This document shows, in pieces, positions 43,028 to 52,794 of a stretch of 64,000 nucleotides of DNA. The translations under genes were made by a program, and so were the position numbers. The stretch is from positions 3,507 to 67,506 of the forward strand of contig CAIOAT010000029.1 in NCBI GenBank assembly GCA_903856085.1. The letters are read 5' to 3'. A model generated the notes under the pieces. That model saw only the letters and a list, made by a program, of their open reading frames with translations. It searched no databases and was not told the DNA's origin. The stretch comes from Candidatus Omnitrophota bacterium (GTDB taxonomy: Bacteria > Omnitrophota > Omnitrophia > Omnitrophales > Aquincolibacteriaceae). Numbering within the stretch: the first letter of the stretch is position 1; the number at the start of each line of letters is the position of its first letter.

Positions 43028-43877
43028 AGCAACGCTTTCCTATAAAAGAGTTTTGCCGCCACACATCCATTCCACGGCTTCTTTGGCGAAGCGTAATTGG
43101 GGGCAGCTGATCGCACTCGCGCCCCTCTTTGTGACAGCCTGTCTTACCGGGCACGCGGAAATTCTGCGCGTTCTTTTGATTTGCCTGGTGAGCGCAGTCG
43201 CGTTCGAATTTCTGGCGGGGAAGCTTTTTCATAAAAAAGAGAGTCTGCGGAACGGCGAAGCCGTGCTTGCCGCAGCCCTCTTCTCGCTCCTTATGCCTTC
43301 AAGATGTCCCTCCGAGGTTGTGATCCTCGGTGTTTTTAGCGCGGTTTTTGCCGCCAAAGAGCTTTTCGGCGGGACAGGCAACTATCTTTTGCATCCGCTT
43401 CTTCTGGCGCGCGTATTTTTACAGCTTTGTTTCCCCAAAGTCATGTCGGAGCCCATGCTTTTAGCAGGCGACGGTAATATTTGGGTGCTTGCTGCAATCG
43501 GTCTCGGTGGGATCATTTTTTTAAAACAAAAACAAGGCTATTGGAAAACACCGATTCTTTTTATGGCGACCTGTTTTATCTGCGAGGCTTTGTTAGGAGG
43601 GCAGGCGATGCCGTTAACGTTTTTTAGCGCCGTTCTTTTCACAGCCTTCTTTCTTTTGGCCGACCCTGTGACCCTGCCGTTGACGCGGAGAGGTACGATG
43701 CTTTTCGTTCTCTGCGCGGCGCTTTTAAGCTCGCGGCTCAGCTCGGAGGGATTTTCGATCCAAGGAGTCGGTTATGCGATTCTTCTGATGAACCTCCTGA
43801 CGCCTTGGCTAGAGGTCTGGCTCAAGCCCACTCCGTACAAGACAAAAAACCAATTCAAAGCGACTTATTTGTCATGA
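43020..43877 (+). CDS. rnfD: RnfD-like membrane subunit, shortened.
   Basis: [27 protein letters not shown] aligns with RnfD's [44 protein letters not shown] aligns with LTDPVTASTTNRGRLIF. It is about 285 aa against a typical ~350, and the periplasmic loop that carries the FMN-attachment Thr appears to be missing. Confidence 0.72.
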   Translation: [285 protein letters not shown]

Positions 43878-44003
43878 ATATAAAAAAAGTAGCAATGGTG
43901 GCAGCGCAATATCTATTCCTGGTGTTTTTTTTGGCATTGCTCGCGGCGATCCTTTACGCGGCACAACTTTTAAGAGGATGAACATGACAGAAGGCCCGGT
44001 TCT

Positions 44004-44582
44004 ATGAAATTACCCGAAAGCCTTTTCTCGAGGATGTTTCTGGCTTACCTTCCCTTTATGGTCTATCCGTACGGTTTTTTCAAGGCCGGCGTTGCAGCGC
44101 TGTGGATCGTCGGCTTTCTCTGGGGCACGGTTACTTTTTTCTGGTTCACGCGTCGCCTTTTCCCTGGCCGTTCTCTAAAACACGCCTTCTTCCTCTGGCT
44201 TATTGTATGGGCACAAGCCGTATGGACGCTCACGAAATTGCCGCCCTACTGGATCGTGAGCGTTTTCTTCCTAACGCCTGTTTCTTTTCTTGACGACGCG
44301 GCGAACCCAAGCCATGTTCGTGTGTTTTCCAAAGAAGTGCCCCGGTATTTTTTTGAACGCGCGCTAGCCGGGGTCGGCTTTGCGGGTTTCGTGATACTGT
44401 TGGCGCTCGTTCGAGAGATCGGTGAAAAACGTCTTGGGATACAAGCGTTCGAGCAGCCGGCGGGCTTGTTGCTTGTGATCGCGGTCGTTGCTTTCTTGTG
44501 GAAAAACCAACCGTACCATATGCGGTCCCAGCGTCCACCCGTTCCAGAAAACTTAAAACTGGGACGGTCCAAGTTCCCATAA
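44004..44582 (+). CDS. RnfA/RnfE-like polytopic membrane protein (divergent)
   Basis: The C-terminal region ALAGVGFAGFVILLALVREIGEKRLG resembles RnfA's [26 protein letters not shown]. It has multiple TM segments. Confidence 0.48.
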   Translation: MKLPESLFSRMFLAYLPFMVYPYGFFKAGVAALWIVGFLWGTVTFFWFTRRLFPGRSLKHAFFLWLIVWAQAVWTLTKLPPYWIVSVFFLTPVSFLDDAANPSHVRVFSKEVPRYFFERALAGVGFAGFVILLALVREIGEKRLGIQAFEQPAGLLLVIAVVAFLWKNQPYHMRSQRPPVPENLKLGRSKFP

Positions 44583-44610
44583 ATGGAAACAAAGACTTTG
44601 CGGAGATAAA

Positions 44611-45117
44611 ATGTATTTTTTGATCATCACCTTTGGCTTTTTGTTGGCAATGCGCGGCGCGAGGCCTGCGCCTCTACAAAGACCCGGCGAAGGACTCGGG
44701 CGCATTTGGAGCGAAGCCACAGATTTTTTTCTTACCACGAGTTTGATCCTTGCTCTTTGGGCGCTTGCCATGGCTTTTGGAAAAACCCAAGCGGGGGCTC
44801 GGGAATATGCGGTCGCGGGGCTTGGAATAGCGGCCTATCTGTTTTCACGGTATCAGAAAAAAACCGATACCTTCTTCCTTTCCGTGTTAGCGAGTGTTTT
44901 TATGATTCTCTCAAGAGAGCCCGATCTTTTGTGGGGGATTTTTCTTGCCTGGATTGTGAGTTCGGGGATCGCGCTTTTTCAGACCTGTTTTCTAGGTTTA
45001 AGATACAAACTTCTTTTTTCGCACGTTCCGACCGCCATGAAGGGATGGCCCATCCTGTGTCTTTTGGCTGGATTGATCTCTGTTGTTTTGCGGAATCTCG
45101 GGAGCTTGGTTTTCTAA
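44611..45117 (+). CDS. RnfA/RnfE-like membrane protein (divergent)
   Basis: LRYKLLFSHVPTAMKGWPILCLLAGLISVV resembles RnfA's [30 protein letters not shown]. It is hydrophobic and 168 aa. Confidence 0.42.
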   Translation: MYFLIITFGFLLAMRGARPAPLQRPGEGLGRIWSEATDFFLTTSLILALWALAMAFGKTQAGAREYAVAGLGIAAYLFSRYQKKTDTFFLSVLASVFMILSREPDLLWGIFLAWIVSSGIALFQTCFLGLRYKLLFSHVPTAMKGWPILCLLAGLISVVLRNLGSLVF

Positions 45118-45193
45118 GGTTTTGGTTTAGAAAGTCGACAATAACGAGAAGAAGCGTTTTACCTCAACGAATTCATTTTAAAGGAGCTTTCTC

Positions 45194-46279
45194 ATGGCCA
45201 TTGAAGACATTCTGTTAGGAGCGGTTGAAAAAGAAGCTTCGGACATACATCTTACTGTGGGCCGTCCCGTGACCTACCGCATGGTCGGATCCCTGGTCTC
45301 AGTGGGCGAGAAGATATTGACCCAGCAGGATACCGAGGCCTTTGCCAAAGAAGTTACGACCGAAGTTCAGCGCAAAAAGATCGAAGAGGTCGGCGGCATC
45401 GATTTTGGGTTTTCGTTCAGAGACAGGGCGCGCTTTCGTGTCTCCTGCTTCAAACAGCAAGGCCATTACTCGCTTGTGTTACGCCTTCTCCCGGCCAAGT
45501 TTTACAGCTTTCAGGATATTGGATTGCCGATGCAATTGATCGAGACGTTAAGCCTGCCGCGTGGACTGGTTCTTGTGACGGGTCCCACGGGGTGCGGTAA
45601 AACGACCACCCTCGCGACGATGCTCAATTACATCAATGAAAATTTCCCAAAACACATTATCACAGCGGAAGATCCGGTCGAATTTATGCACCATCACAAG
45701 AAGTGTGTGGTGACGCAGCGCGAGGTTGGGGACGACGTCCCGAGTTTTTCAGAAGCGATCGTGAAATCTTTGCGCCAAGACCCGGATGTCATTCTTATCG
45801 GAGAGATGAGGGATCTGGCGACCATGGAATCCGCCATTCGCGCTGCCGAAACCGGCCATCTAGTATTCTCCACACTTCACACCACAGGTGCTGCCCGAAC
45901 GGTCGACCGCATTATCGACGTCTTTCCGGCCTATCAACAGCCGCTGGTCCGCGTTCAGCTTTCTTCCACCATTGTTGCGGTAATCTCGCAGGTGCTTGTG
46001 CCGCGTCTGGATGGCAATGGGCGCGTGGCGGCGTTCGAGATCATGTTCGCGACTCCGGCCATCCGTAACCTCATTCGCGAAGGTAAGACCTACCAGATTC
46101 TTTCCGAGCTTCAGACCGGTTCGCGCTATGGCATGATCATGCTGGACGATTACCTCAAACAGCTTTACGCGCAGGGCATTATCGGTTATGAAGCTGCACT
46201 CGAATTCGCCGTGGATCCTCGCGAGCTTGGCCTCCAGCTTTCCAGGGTTCAGCCCGTAAACAGGGGCAGAGGCAGGTAA
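45194..46279 (+). CDS. pilT: Type IV pilus retraction ATPase PilT
   Basis: The Walker A is VLVTGPTGCGKTTT. Asp/His boxes and GEMRD are present, along with a PilT-type C-terminus. Confidence 0.9.
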   Translation: MAIEDILLGAVEKEASDIHLTVGRPVTYRMVGSLVSVGEKILTQQDTEAFAKEVTTEVQRKKIEEVGGIDFGFSFRDRARFRVSCFKQQGHYSLVLRLLPAKFYSFQDIGLPMQLIETLSLPRGLVLVTGPTGCGKTTTLATMLNYINENFPKHIITAEDPVEFMHHHKKCVVTQREVGDDVPSFSEAIVKSLRQDPDVILIGEMRDLATMESAIRAAETGHLVFSTLHTTGAARTVDRIIDVFPAYQQPLVRVQLSSTIVAVISQVLVPRLDGNGRVAAFEIMFATPAIRNLIREGKTYQILSELQTGSRYGMIMLDDYLKQLYAQGIIGYEAALEFAVDPRELGLQLSRVQPVNRGRGR

Positions 46280-46292
46280 AGATAAATAAAAC

Positions 46293-46321
46293 TTGACCGG
46301 GCTAGGGGGCTTGGGTATCCT
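46293..46321 (+). promoter_or_regulatory. Candidate sigma70 promoter in the pilT-polA intergenic region.
   Basis: TTGACC, a 17-nt spacer, then TATCCT. Confidence 0.3.
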
Positions 46322-46535
46322 ATGTCGCCTTCGTGCCGTTTTTCATTCGTTTTAACGGTGCAGTCCGGGTCTTTCATTTCCAGAGCGGTTGACTTGGGTG
46401 AGCAGGGAAGGCGATTTGAAGTCCACGAAAAGAGACAAAATTCCAATTTAATCCCAGCGAGCAAGCGCCCCTTTTAGCTCTTTCCGCGTATTTTTCCTAA
46501 GAATCTAGAGAAAACCCGAAGATCCAATCATTAAA

Positions 46536-49292
46536 ATGATAACGAAGACCCCGAAGGCCTCTCAAAGCCGCCCTGAGAAGCAGGGTGAGCCGCGCCTTGC
46601 CTTACAGGCCAGGGAAAAACTGTTCCTGGTGGACGGCCACTCGCTCTGCTACCGGGCCTTTTACGCGATCCCGAATCTGACGAATTCAAAGGGAGAGCCC
46701 ACGAACGCCCTTTACGGGTTCGTGACCATGATGCGCAGGCTTATGGAGGAGCAGAAGCCGGGACATGTTGCCATGTGTTTTGACCGGAAAGAGCCGACCT
46801 TTCGGCATGAACAATATAAGGAATACAAGGCGCATCGCAAACCCATGCCTGAAGAGCTCGTGAAACAGATCGAGCCTATCAAGGAATTTTGCCGGATCTC
46901 CAAATGGGCGATCTTTGAAAAGGCGGGGTACGAGGCGGATGATGTGATCGGGACCTTGGCAAGGCGAGGAGAAAAAGAAGGCTATCAGATCTTCATTATC
47001 ACGGGGGACAAAGACGCTTTTCAATTAGTCGACGATCGGATCAAGATCCTTCAGCCGCACAAAGAGAACCTGGTCTATGACGCCGAAAAGGTCCGGGAAC
47101 GTTTTAGCGGGCTCGGGCCGGACAAGATCGTGGATATTCTCGCGCTCATGGGAGATGCCTCGGACAATATCCCAGGCGTGCCGGGGATCGGCGAAAAAAC
47201 GGCCATGAAACTCATCCAGCAATTTGGTTCCGTGAACGGCCTTCTCGAGCGACTGGGAGAAGTTTCATCAGAAAAACAAAGACAGAAGATCCAAGAGAAC
47301 ATGGAAGACCTGAAGTTATCCCAAATGCTCGCGACGATCGACACAGACGTGCCGCTTGAGATCGATTGGAATGCTTTGCGCGTGGTTGAACCCGACAACG
47401 CGCCCATGATGGAATTTTTTAAACGGTATGAATTCCGCGGGCTTCTCAAGAGTGTCGCGACGGAGGGATCTCCGGAAGCGAAGGATCGGGATTACAAAGC
47501 GATCCAAACGGTCGAGGAGCTTTCGGCTTTTGCCGAAGCGCTCCGGAAGGTGAAAGCTTTCAGTTTTGATACCGAAACGACCTCGATAGATCCGATGAAG
47601 GCCGCTTTGGTCGGGATGAGTTTTTGCTGGGAGCCTTTCAGGGCTTACTATCTCCCGGTATCCGCCTCTGCGCATCAAGGCCCGGGACTCGCGCTCGAGG
47701 AGATATTACAGGTCGTGAAGCCGGTGCTTGAGGATGAAAAAAGCGCAAAATATGGACAAAATATCAAATACGATGAGATCGTCATGGCGCGTCACGGAGT
47801 ACGGCTTTCGGGCGTCGCGTTCGATACCATGATCGCAAGCTATTTGATCGATCCCGTTAAACGGAATCATAATCTCGATGATATCTCGCTCGAATATTTG
47901 AGCGTGCAAAAGATCACCACCGAGAGCCTCATTGGAAAAGGCGCGAAGCAGATCACGATGGACGCGGTCCCTCTCGATCAGATCACCGCTTATGCCTGCG
48001 AAGATGCGGATTGCGTGACGCGGCTTGTGCCGATCCTTAAAGCCAAGCTTGAGGAACTCGGACTGACGGAACTTTATGAAAAAGTCGAGATGCCTTTATC
48101 GGGTGTTTTGGCCCGGATCGAAATGAACGGTGTGGCGCTGGATTTGAAATTTCTAAAAGAACTTTCAGAAAAAGCCGGCGGGGAAATCGACGCTCTCGTG
48201 AAGGATATTCACGCGGATGCCGGGACGGAATTTAATCTGGATTCCCCGAAACAACTTGCAGACGTGCTTTTTGTTCAAAAAAAATTGCCGGCCTTGAAAA
48301 AGATCAAAACAGGCTATTCAACCGACGCGAGCGTACTTGAAAAACTTGCGGTTTCCCATGAACTGCCGCGGAAGATCCTGGAATACCGGGAGCGCGCGAA
48401 GTTGAGATCCACGTACCTGGACGCTTTGCCGGAGATGGTGAACGCCGAGACGCATTGCGTTCATACGTCATTTAATCAGACGACCACGGACACAGGACGG
48501 CTTTCGAGCTCAGATCCGAATCTTCAGAATATCCCGATCAAGACTGAGATGGGCCGGCTGGTCCGGAAAGCCTTTGTAGCGCGGCCGCGTCCAAAAGGAA
48601 AAGGGAAGATCCTTTCCGCGGACTACTCTCAGATCGAGTTGAGAGTGCTCGCGCATTTTTCCGGAGATCCAAATCTGACAAAAGCGTTCGCGGAGGACAG
48701 GGACATTCATACGTTCACAGCGACACTTCTTTATGGCGTGAATGAAAAGGATGTTACGCGCGAAATGCGGAATGCCGCGAAGACCATCAATTTCAGCATT
48801 GTGTACGGCAAGACAAGCTACGGGCTTTCGCAGGATCTGAATATGTCGATCCCGGAAGCAGATCAGTTTATCAAAAATTACTTCGTGCGCTACGCCAAGG
48901 TAAAAGAATTCCTGGACGCGCAAAAGGAAAAAGCTAAAAAAGATGGATTTCTGACCACGCTTCTCGGGAGGCGCTCTTATTTTCCGAATATTAACGCCTC
49001 CAACATGCAATTGCGTCAGTACGCCGAACGCTCGGCGATTAACGCGCCGATCCAAGGATCGGCGGCGGACCTGATCAAGATCGCGATGATCGCGATCCAG
49101 GGGCGGCTTGAAAAGGAACAAAGTGAAAGCCTGATGATCATGCAGGTGCATGACGAGTTGGTGTTCGATGCGCCCTCAGGCGAGATCGATGCGCTCACCG
49201 CGCTAGTGAAGGAAGAGATGGAAGGGGCCTATAAGCTCAAAGTGCCACTTAAGGCGGATATGACCGTGGGGGAAACATGGTACAAAAAATAG
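46536..49292 (+). CDS. polA: DNA polymerase I
   Basis: It has a 5'-3' exonuclease N-terminus (LVDGHSLCYRAFYA), a 3'-5' exonuclease domain, and a polymerase domain with RRSAKTINFSIVYG and QVHDELVF. Confidence 0.95.
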   Translation: MITKTPKASQSRPEKQGEPRLALQAREKLFLVDGHSLCYRAFYAIPNLTNSKGEPTNALYGFVTMMRRLMEEQKPGHVAMCFDRKEPTFRHEQYKEYKAHRKPMPEELVKQIEPIKEFCRISKWAIFEKAGYEADDVIGTLARRGEKEGYQIFIITGDKDAFQLVDDRIKILQPHKENLVYDAEKVRERFSGLGPDKIVDILALMGDASDNIPGVPGIGEKTAMKLIQQFGSVNGLLERLGEVSSEKQRQKIQENMEDLKLSQMLATIDTDVPLEIDWNALRVVEPDNAPMMEFFKRYEFRGLLKSVATEGSPEAKDRDYKAIQTVEELSAFAEALRKVKAFSFDTETTSIDPMKAALVGMSFCWEPFRAYYLPVSASAHQGPGLALEEILQVVKPVLEDEKSAKYGQNIKYDEIVMARHGVRLSGVAFDTMIASYLIDPVKRNHNLDDISLEYLSVQKITTESLIGKGAKQITMDAVPLDQITAYACEDADCVTRLVPILKAKLEELGLTELYEKVEMPLSGVLARIEMNGVALDLKFLKELSEKAGGEIDALVKDIHADAGTEFNLDSPKQLADVLFVQKKLPALKKIKTGYSTDASVLEKLAVSHELPRKILEYRERAKLRSTYLDALPEMVNAETHCVHTSFNQTTTDTGRLSSSDPNLQNIPIKTEMGRLVRKAFVARPRPKGKGKILSADYSQIELRVLAHFSGDPNLTKAFAEDRDIHTFTATLLYGVNEKDVTREMRNAAKTINFSIVYGKTSYGLSQDLNMSIPEADQFIKNYFVRYAKVKEFLDAQKEKAKKDGFLTTLLGRRSYFPNINASNMQLRQYAERSAINAPIQGSAADLIKIAMIAIQGRLEKEQSESLMIMQVHDELVFDAPSGEIDALTALVKEEMEGAYKLKVPLKADMTVGETWYKK

Positions 49293-49891
49293 TCGTGGGC
49301 CTCACCGGCGGGTTCGGGGTCGGGAAGAGCTCAGTCGCGCAGCGTTTCAAGAATTTTGGCGCGGAGGTGATTGATGCCGACGATATTGCACATGCCGCCA
49401 TGAAAAAAGGCAGTCCTGTTTTTGATGCGGTGATCGAACTTTTCCAAGAGGCGCTTCATCCGGGAGGAAAAAAAATGGACCGGGAACAACTCGCGGAGAT
49501 CGTCTTCGCGGATCCCAAGAGGCGTAAAGAGCTTGAAGCGGTCATTCATCCCTACGTGTATCAAAAGATCAAGGAAAAGATCGAAGCCTCCGAACACCGC
49601 GTGATTATTGTGGAAGTGCCGCTTCTCTTTGAGGCTGGTTTTGAAACGCTTTGCGATAAGGTCCTGGTCGTGACCTGCAACTCGACTGTCAAAATGAAAC
49701 GTCTTAAACGTAAGAGATTCCCAGAGCAGGAAGTGCGGGCGCGCGAGCGGGCCCAGATGCCTGAGGCGCTGAAAGCGCAGAAGGCAGATTTTTTAATCGA
49801 TAATTCGAAGTCTATTTATCAAACACAAAGGGAGATCGAACGGTTTTGGTATAAGTTCTTCTCTCTTTCTAAAGGAGCCAACAAACCATGA
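49277..49891 (+). CDS. coaE: Dephospho-CoA kinase
   Basis: The P-loop is [12 protein letters not shown]. Its start overlaps the end of polA by 16 nt. Confidence 0.9.
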   Translation: MVQKIVVGLTGGFGVGKSSVAQRFKNFGAEVIDADDIAHAAMKKGSPVFDAVIELFQEALHPGGKKMDREQLAEIVFADPKRRKELEAVIHPYVYQKIKEKIEASEHRVIIVEVPLLFEAGFETLCDKVLVVTCNSTVKMKRLKRKRFPEQEVRARERAQMPEALKAQKADFLIDNSKSIYQTQREIERFWYKFFSLSKGANKP

Positions 49892-51321
49892 CAAGAGAAA
49901 CAAGAGACATTCGGGAACCCAGAGAAAGATCCCACTCCCATCATCGCCGGGCTGAGGAAGGCAACGCGAAACCACGTCCGCCGCGCATGATGCAAGAAGA
50001 CGCGGCCGCCAACGGCGAAGCCCTGGAAAAGGCGCTGCAGCAGCAAAAATCTGGCGAAAAACCGCTCGATGTGGTCAGCCTGAAGCAGATGAAGATCAGC
50101 GAGCTTCAGAAAATGGCGCATAAATTCAACGTCGAGAACGTTGCCGGGCTCAAGCGTCAGGACCTGATCTTTAAGATCCTTCAAGGGCAGGCCCAGCAGT
50201 CGGGGCTCATGTTCGGGGAAGGCGTTCTGGAGATCCTGGAAGACGGCTTCGGATTCCTGCGTTCTCCCAATTACAATTATCTCCCCTCGCCGGATGACAT
50301 CTATGTCAGTCCGAGTCAGATCCGTCGGTTCAATTTGAGGACCGGAGACGTGGTGGGAGGACTGATCCGTCCGCCGAAAGAGGGCGAGCGTTATTTTGCC
50401 CTGCTCAAGGTCGAGCTCATCAATTTTGAGGCACCGGACAGCGCGAAGGACAAGATCGCGTTCGACAATCTCACGCCGCTTTATCCGGACCAACGGATCA
50501 AGCTTGAAACTACGCAAGAAGAAGTCTCAATGCGCGTGATGGATCTTCTGACGCCGATCGGCTTTGGCCAGAGAGGACTTATCGTGGCGCCGCCTTACAG
50601 TGGTAAAACGATTCTGCTCCAGAAGCTCGCCAACAGCATCACGACGAATCATCCGGATTCGTATCTGATCGTTCTTCTGATCGACGAACGTCCGGAGGAA
50701 GTGACGGACATGCAGCGCTCCGTGAAAGGTGAGGTCATTGCCTCGACCTTTGACGAGCCTGCCGACCGGCATGTTCAGGTTGCGGAGATCGTGTTGGAAA
50801 AAGCGAAGCGTCTTGTGGAGCACAAACGCGACGTCGTGATCCTTCTCGACAGTATCACCCGTCTTGCGCGTGCTTACAATACCGTAGCGCCGCATTCGGG
50901 AAAGATCCTTTCCGGCGGCGTGGATTCGAACGCGCTCCATAAGCCCAAACGATTCTTTGGTTCGGCCCGGAACGTGGAAGAAGGCGGCAGCATCACGATC
51001 ATCGCTACCGCGCTCGTGGATACGGGATCCCGCATGGACGAAGTCATCTTCGAAGAGTTCAAGGGTACGGGCAATATGGAGCTCCAGCTGGACCGCAATC
51101 TCTTCCAGCGCAGGATCTATCCGGCCATTGATGTGAAGAAATCCAATACGCGCAAAGAGGATCTCCTGATTCCCGCCGAGGAGCTCAACCGGGTGTGGAT
51201 CCTTCGCAAGGTCTTGAACGAGCTGAACCCGTCGGAAGCGATGGAGCTTCTGGTGGACCGTCTTAAAAAAACCAAATCCAACGCTGATTTTCTTATCAGC
51301 ATGAATAAAGCAAAGGAGTAA
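49888..51321 (+). CDS. rho: Transcription termination factor Rho, with an Arg/Ser-rich N-terminal extension.
   Basis: The Rho N-terminal OB domain reads [17 protein letters not shown]. The RecA-like ATPase carries [15 protein letters not shown]. The ~60-aa N-terminal extension reads [19 protein letters not shown]. Confidence 0.95.
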   Translation: MTRETRDIREPRERSHSHHRRAEEGNAKPRPPRMMQEDAAANGEALEKALQQQKSGEKPLDVVSLKQMKISELQKMAHKFNVENVAGLKRQDLIFKILQGQAQQSGLMFGEGVLEILEDGFGFLRSPNYNYLPSPDDIYVSPSQIRRFNLRTGDVVGGLIRPPKEGERYFALLKVELINFEAPDSAKDKIAFDNLTPLYPDQRIKLETTQEEVSMRVMDLLTPIGFGQRGLIVAPPYSGKTILLQKLANSITTNHPDSYLIVLLIDERPEEVTDMQRSVKGEVIASTFDEPADRHVQVAEIVLEKAKRLVEHKRDVVILLDSITRLARAYNTVAPHSGKILSGGVDSNALHKPKRFFGSARNVEEGGSITIIATALVDTGSRMDEVIFEEFKGTGNMELQLDRNLFQRRIYPAIDVKKSNTRKEDLLIPAEELNRVWILRKVLNELNPSEAMELLVDRLKKTKSNADFLISMNKAKE

Positions 51322-51325
51322 CAAA

Positions 51326-51649
51326 ATGAAAAAAGAAATTCATCCGAAATACGGTCCTTCCACCATTCAGTGCGCGTGCGGCAACACGATCGAGACCCGC
51401 AGCGTGATGCCTCAGATGCGAGTGGACATCTGTTCAAGCTGTCATCCGTTCTTTACGGGCAAGCAGAAGATCCTGGATACCGCCGGGCGCATTGACCGGT
51501 TCAAAAAGAAGTTTCAGGACCGCGTGGCCGTCAACAAAAAAACGACCAAAGTCATGCCTAAGATGCCGGTGAAGCTCAAGTTCTCTGAGGATACCCGGAA
51601 AGAAAAACTCCAGGCGTTGAAAGACAAGGTCAAAGCCCAGGGCAAGTAA
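51326..51649 (+). CDS. rpmE: 50S ribosomal protein L31 (Zn-ribbon type A) with a lysine-rich C-terminal extension.
   Basis: It starts MKKEIHPKY, and the zinc-ribbon cysteines are CACGN...CSSCHPF. It is 107 aa against a typical ~70. Confidence 0.9.
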   Translation: MKKEIHPKYGPSTIQCACGNTIETRSVMPQMRVDICSSCHPFFTGKQKILDTAGRIDRFKKKFQDRVAVNKKTTKVMPKMPVKLKFSEDTRKEKLQALKDKVKAQGK

Positions 51650-51723
51650 AGGCCCTGAAAGCCGCTTCATGTACCACGGGCCACATAAAGGTGGTGCGTG
51701 GGTTGTGAAATGGGCCCTTTCTT

Positions 51724-52794
51724 ATGAGAATTCGTGAGCGTTTAGAAAAAACAGAAGCGCGATTCCGGGAGCTTGAAGTTTTGCTCGCTAGCCCGGATAC
51801 TGCCCGGAGCAAGTTTCAGGCCCTGAGCAAGGAAATGTCTTTGCTCAGGCCGATCATGGAGCTTTTCGAAAAATACAAAAAGACCGAGCACGAAGTTTCA
51901 GGGTTGAAGCACAGCCTTGGCGACAGCCACGGTGACGAGGCCATGAAAAGTCTTATCACCGAAGAATTGAAGACCCTCGAAGAAAACCAGAAGGAACGGG
52001 AAGGCCAGCTCGAGGAGCTTTTCTTGCGGGATATGCAGCCGGACGCGGCAAGGGATGTGATCGTGGAGGTCCGCGCCGGGACGGGCGGGGAAGAAGCGGC
52101 GCTTTTTGTGGCGGATCTTTTTCGTATGTACAATATGTACGCCGGGAATCATGGCTTGCGTGTTGAGGTGATCGATACGAATCCTACCGGAATCGGCGGT
52201 TTTAAAGAGATTGTTTTCGGCGTTACGGGAGATCACGTTTTCAGCTACTTCAAATATGAAAGCGGGATTCATCGCGTCCAGCGCGTGCCGAAGACCGAGG
52301 CGAGCGGGCGCATCCATACTTCGGCAGTCACGGTAGCAGTGCTGCCTGAGGTTGAAGAAGAAGAGATCGAGATCAAGTCGGACGATCTTCGGATCGATGT
52401 TTACCGGGCCTCCGGAGCCGGAGGGCAACACGTGAACAAGACAGAGTCCGCAGTGCGCATTACCCACATGCCGACAGGATTTGTGGTCGCATGTCAGGAC
52501 GAGAGGTCTCAGCAGAAGAACAAAGCCAAGGCCATGCGTATTTTACGCGCGAAGATCTTTGATTTTCGCCGCGCTCTTGCAGAAGCCGAGGTAGCTAAGA
52601 ATCGCAAAGCACAAATTGGCTCAGGCGATCGTTCAGGGAAGATCCGGACTTATAATTATCCGGATAATCGCCTGACCGACCACCGGATCGGTCTTACGCT
52701 CCACAGCTTGAACCAGATATTGGACGGAAAGCTTGATCCCGTCGTAGCGGCGCTTGCTGAAGATGAGAAGACCCGCCTTCTAACGACACTATGA
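51724..52794 (+). CDS. prfA: Peptide chain release factor 1
   Basis: The GGQ motif is in SGAGGQHVNKTESAVRITH. The PxT-type recognition region is RVQRVPKTE. Confidence 0.95.
   Translation: MRIRERLEKTEARFRELEVLLASPDTARSKFQALSKEMSLLRPIMELFEKYKKTEHEVSGLKHSLGDSHGDEAMKSLITEELKTLEENQKEREGQLEELFLRDMQPDAARDVIVEVRAGTGGEEAALFVADLFRMYNMYAGNHGLRVEVIDTNPTGIGGFKEIVFGVTGDHVFSYFKYESGIHRVQRVPKTEASGRIHTSAVTVAVLPEVEEEEIEIKSDDLRIDVYRASGAGGQHVNKTESAVRITHMPTGFVVACQDERSQQKNKAKAMRILRAKIFDFRRALAEAEVAKNRKAQIGSGDRSGKIRTYNYPDNRLTDHRIGLTLHSLNQILDGKLDPVVAALAEDEKTRLLTTL

Noticed and set aside
51650-51723. GGCCC...GGGCC long-range hairpin between rpmE and prfA as a riboswitch
   Set aside because: The element is only about 60 nt and is followed by a T-rich run. 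A simple intrinsic terminator or attenuator after rpmE explains it better.
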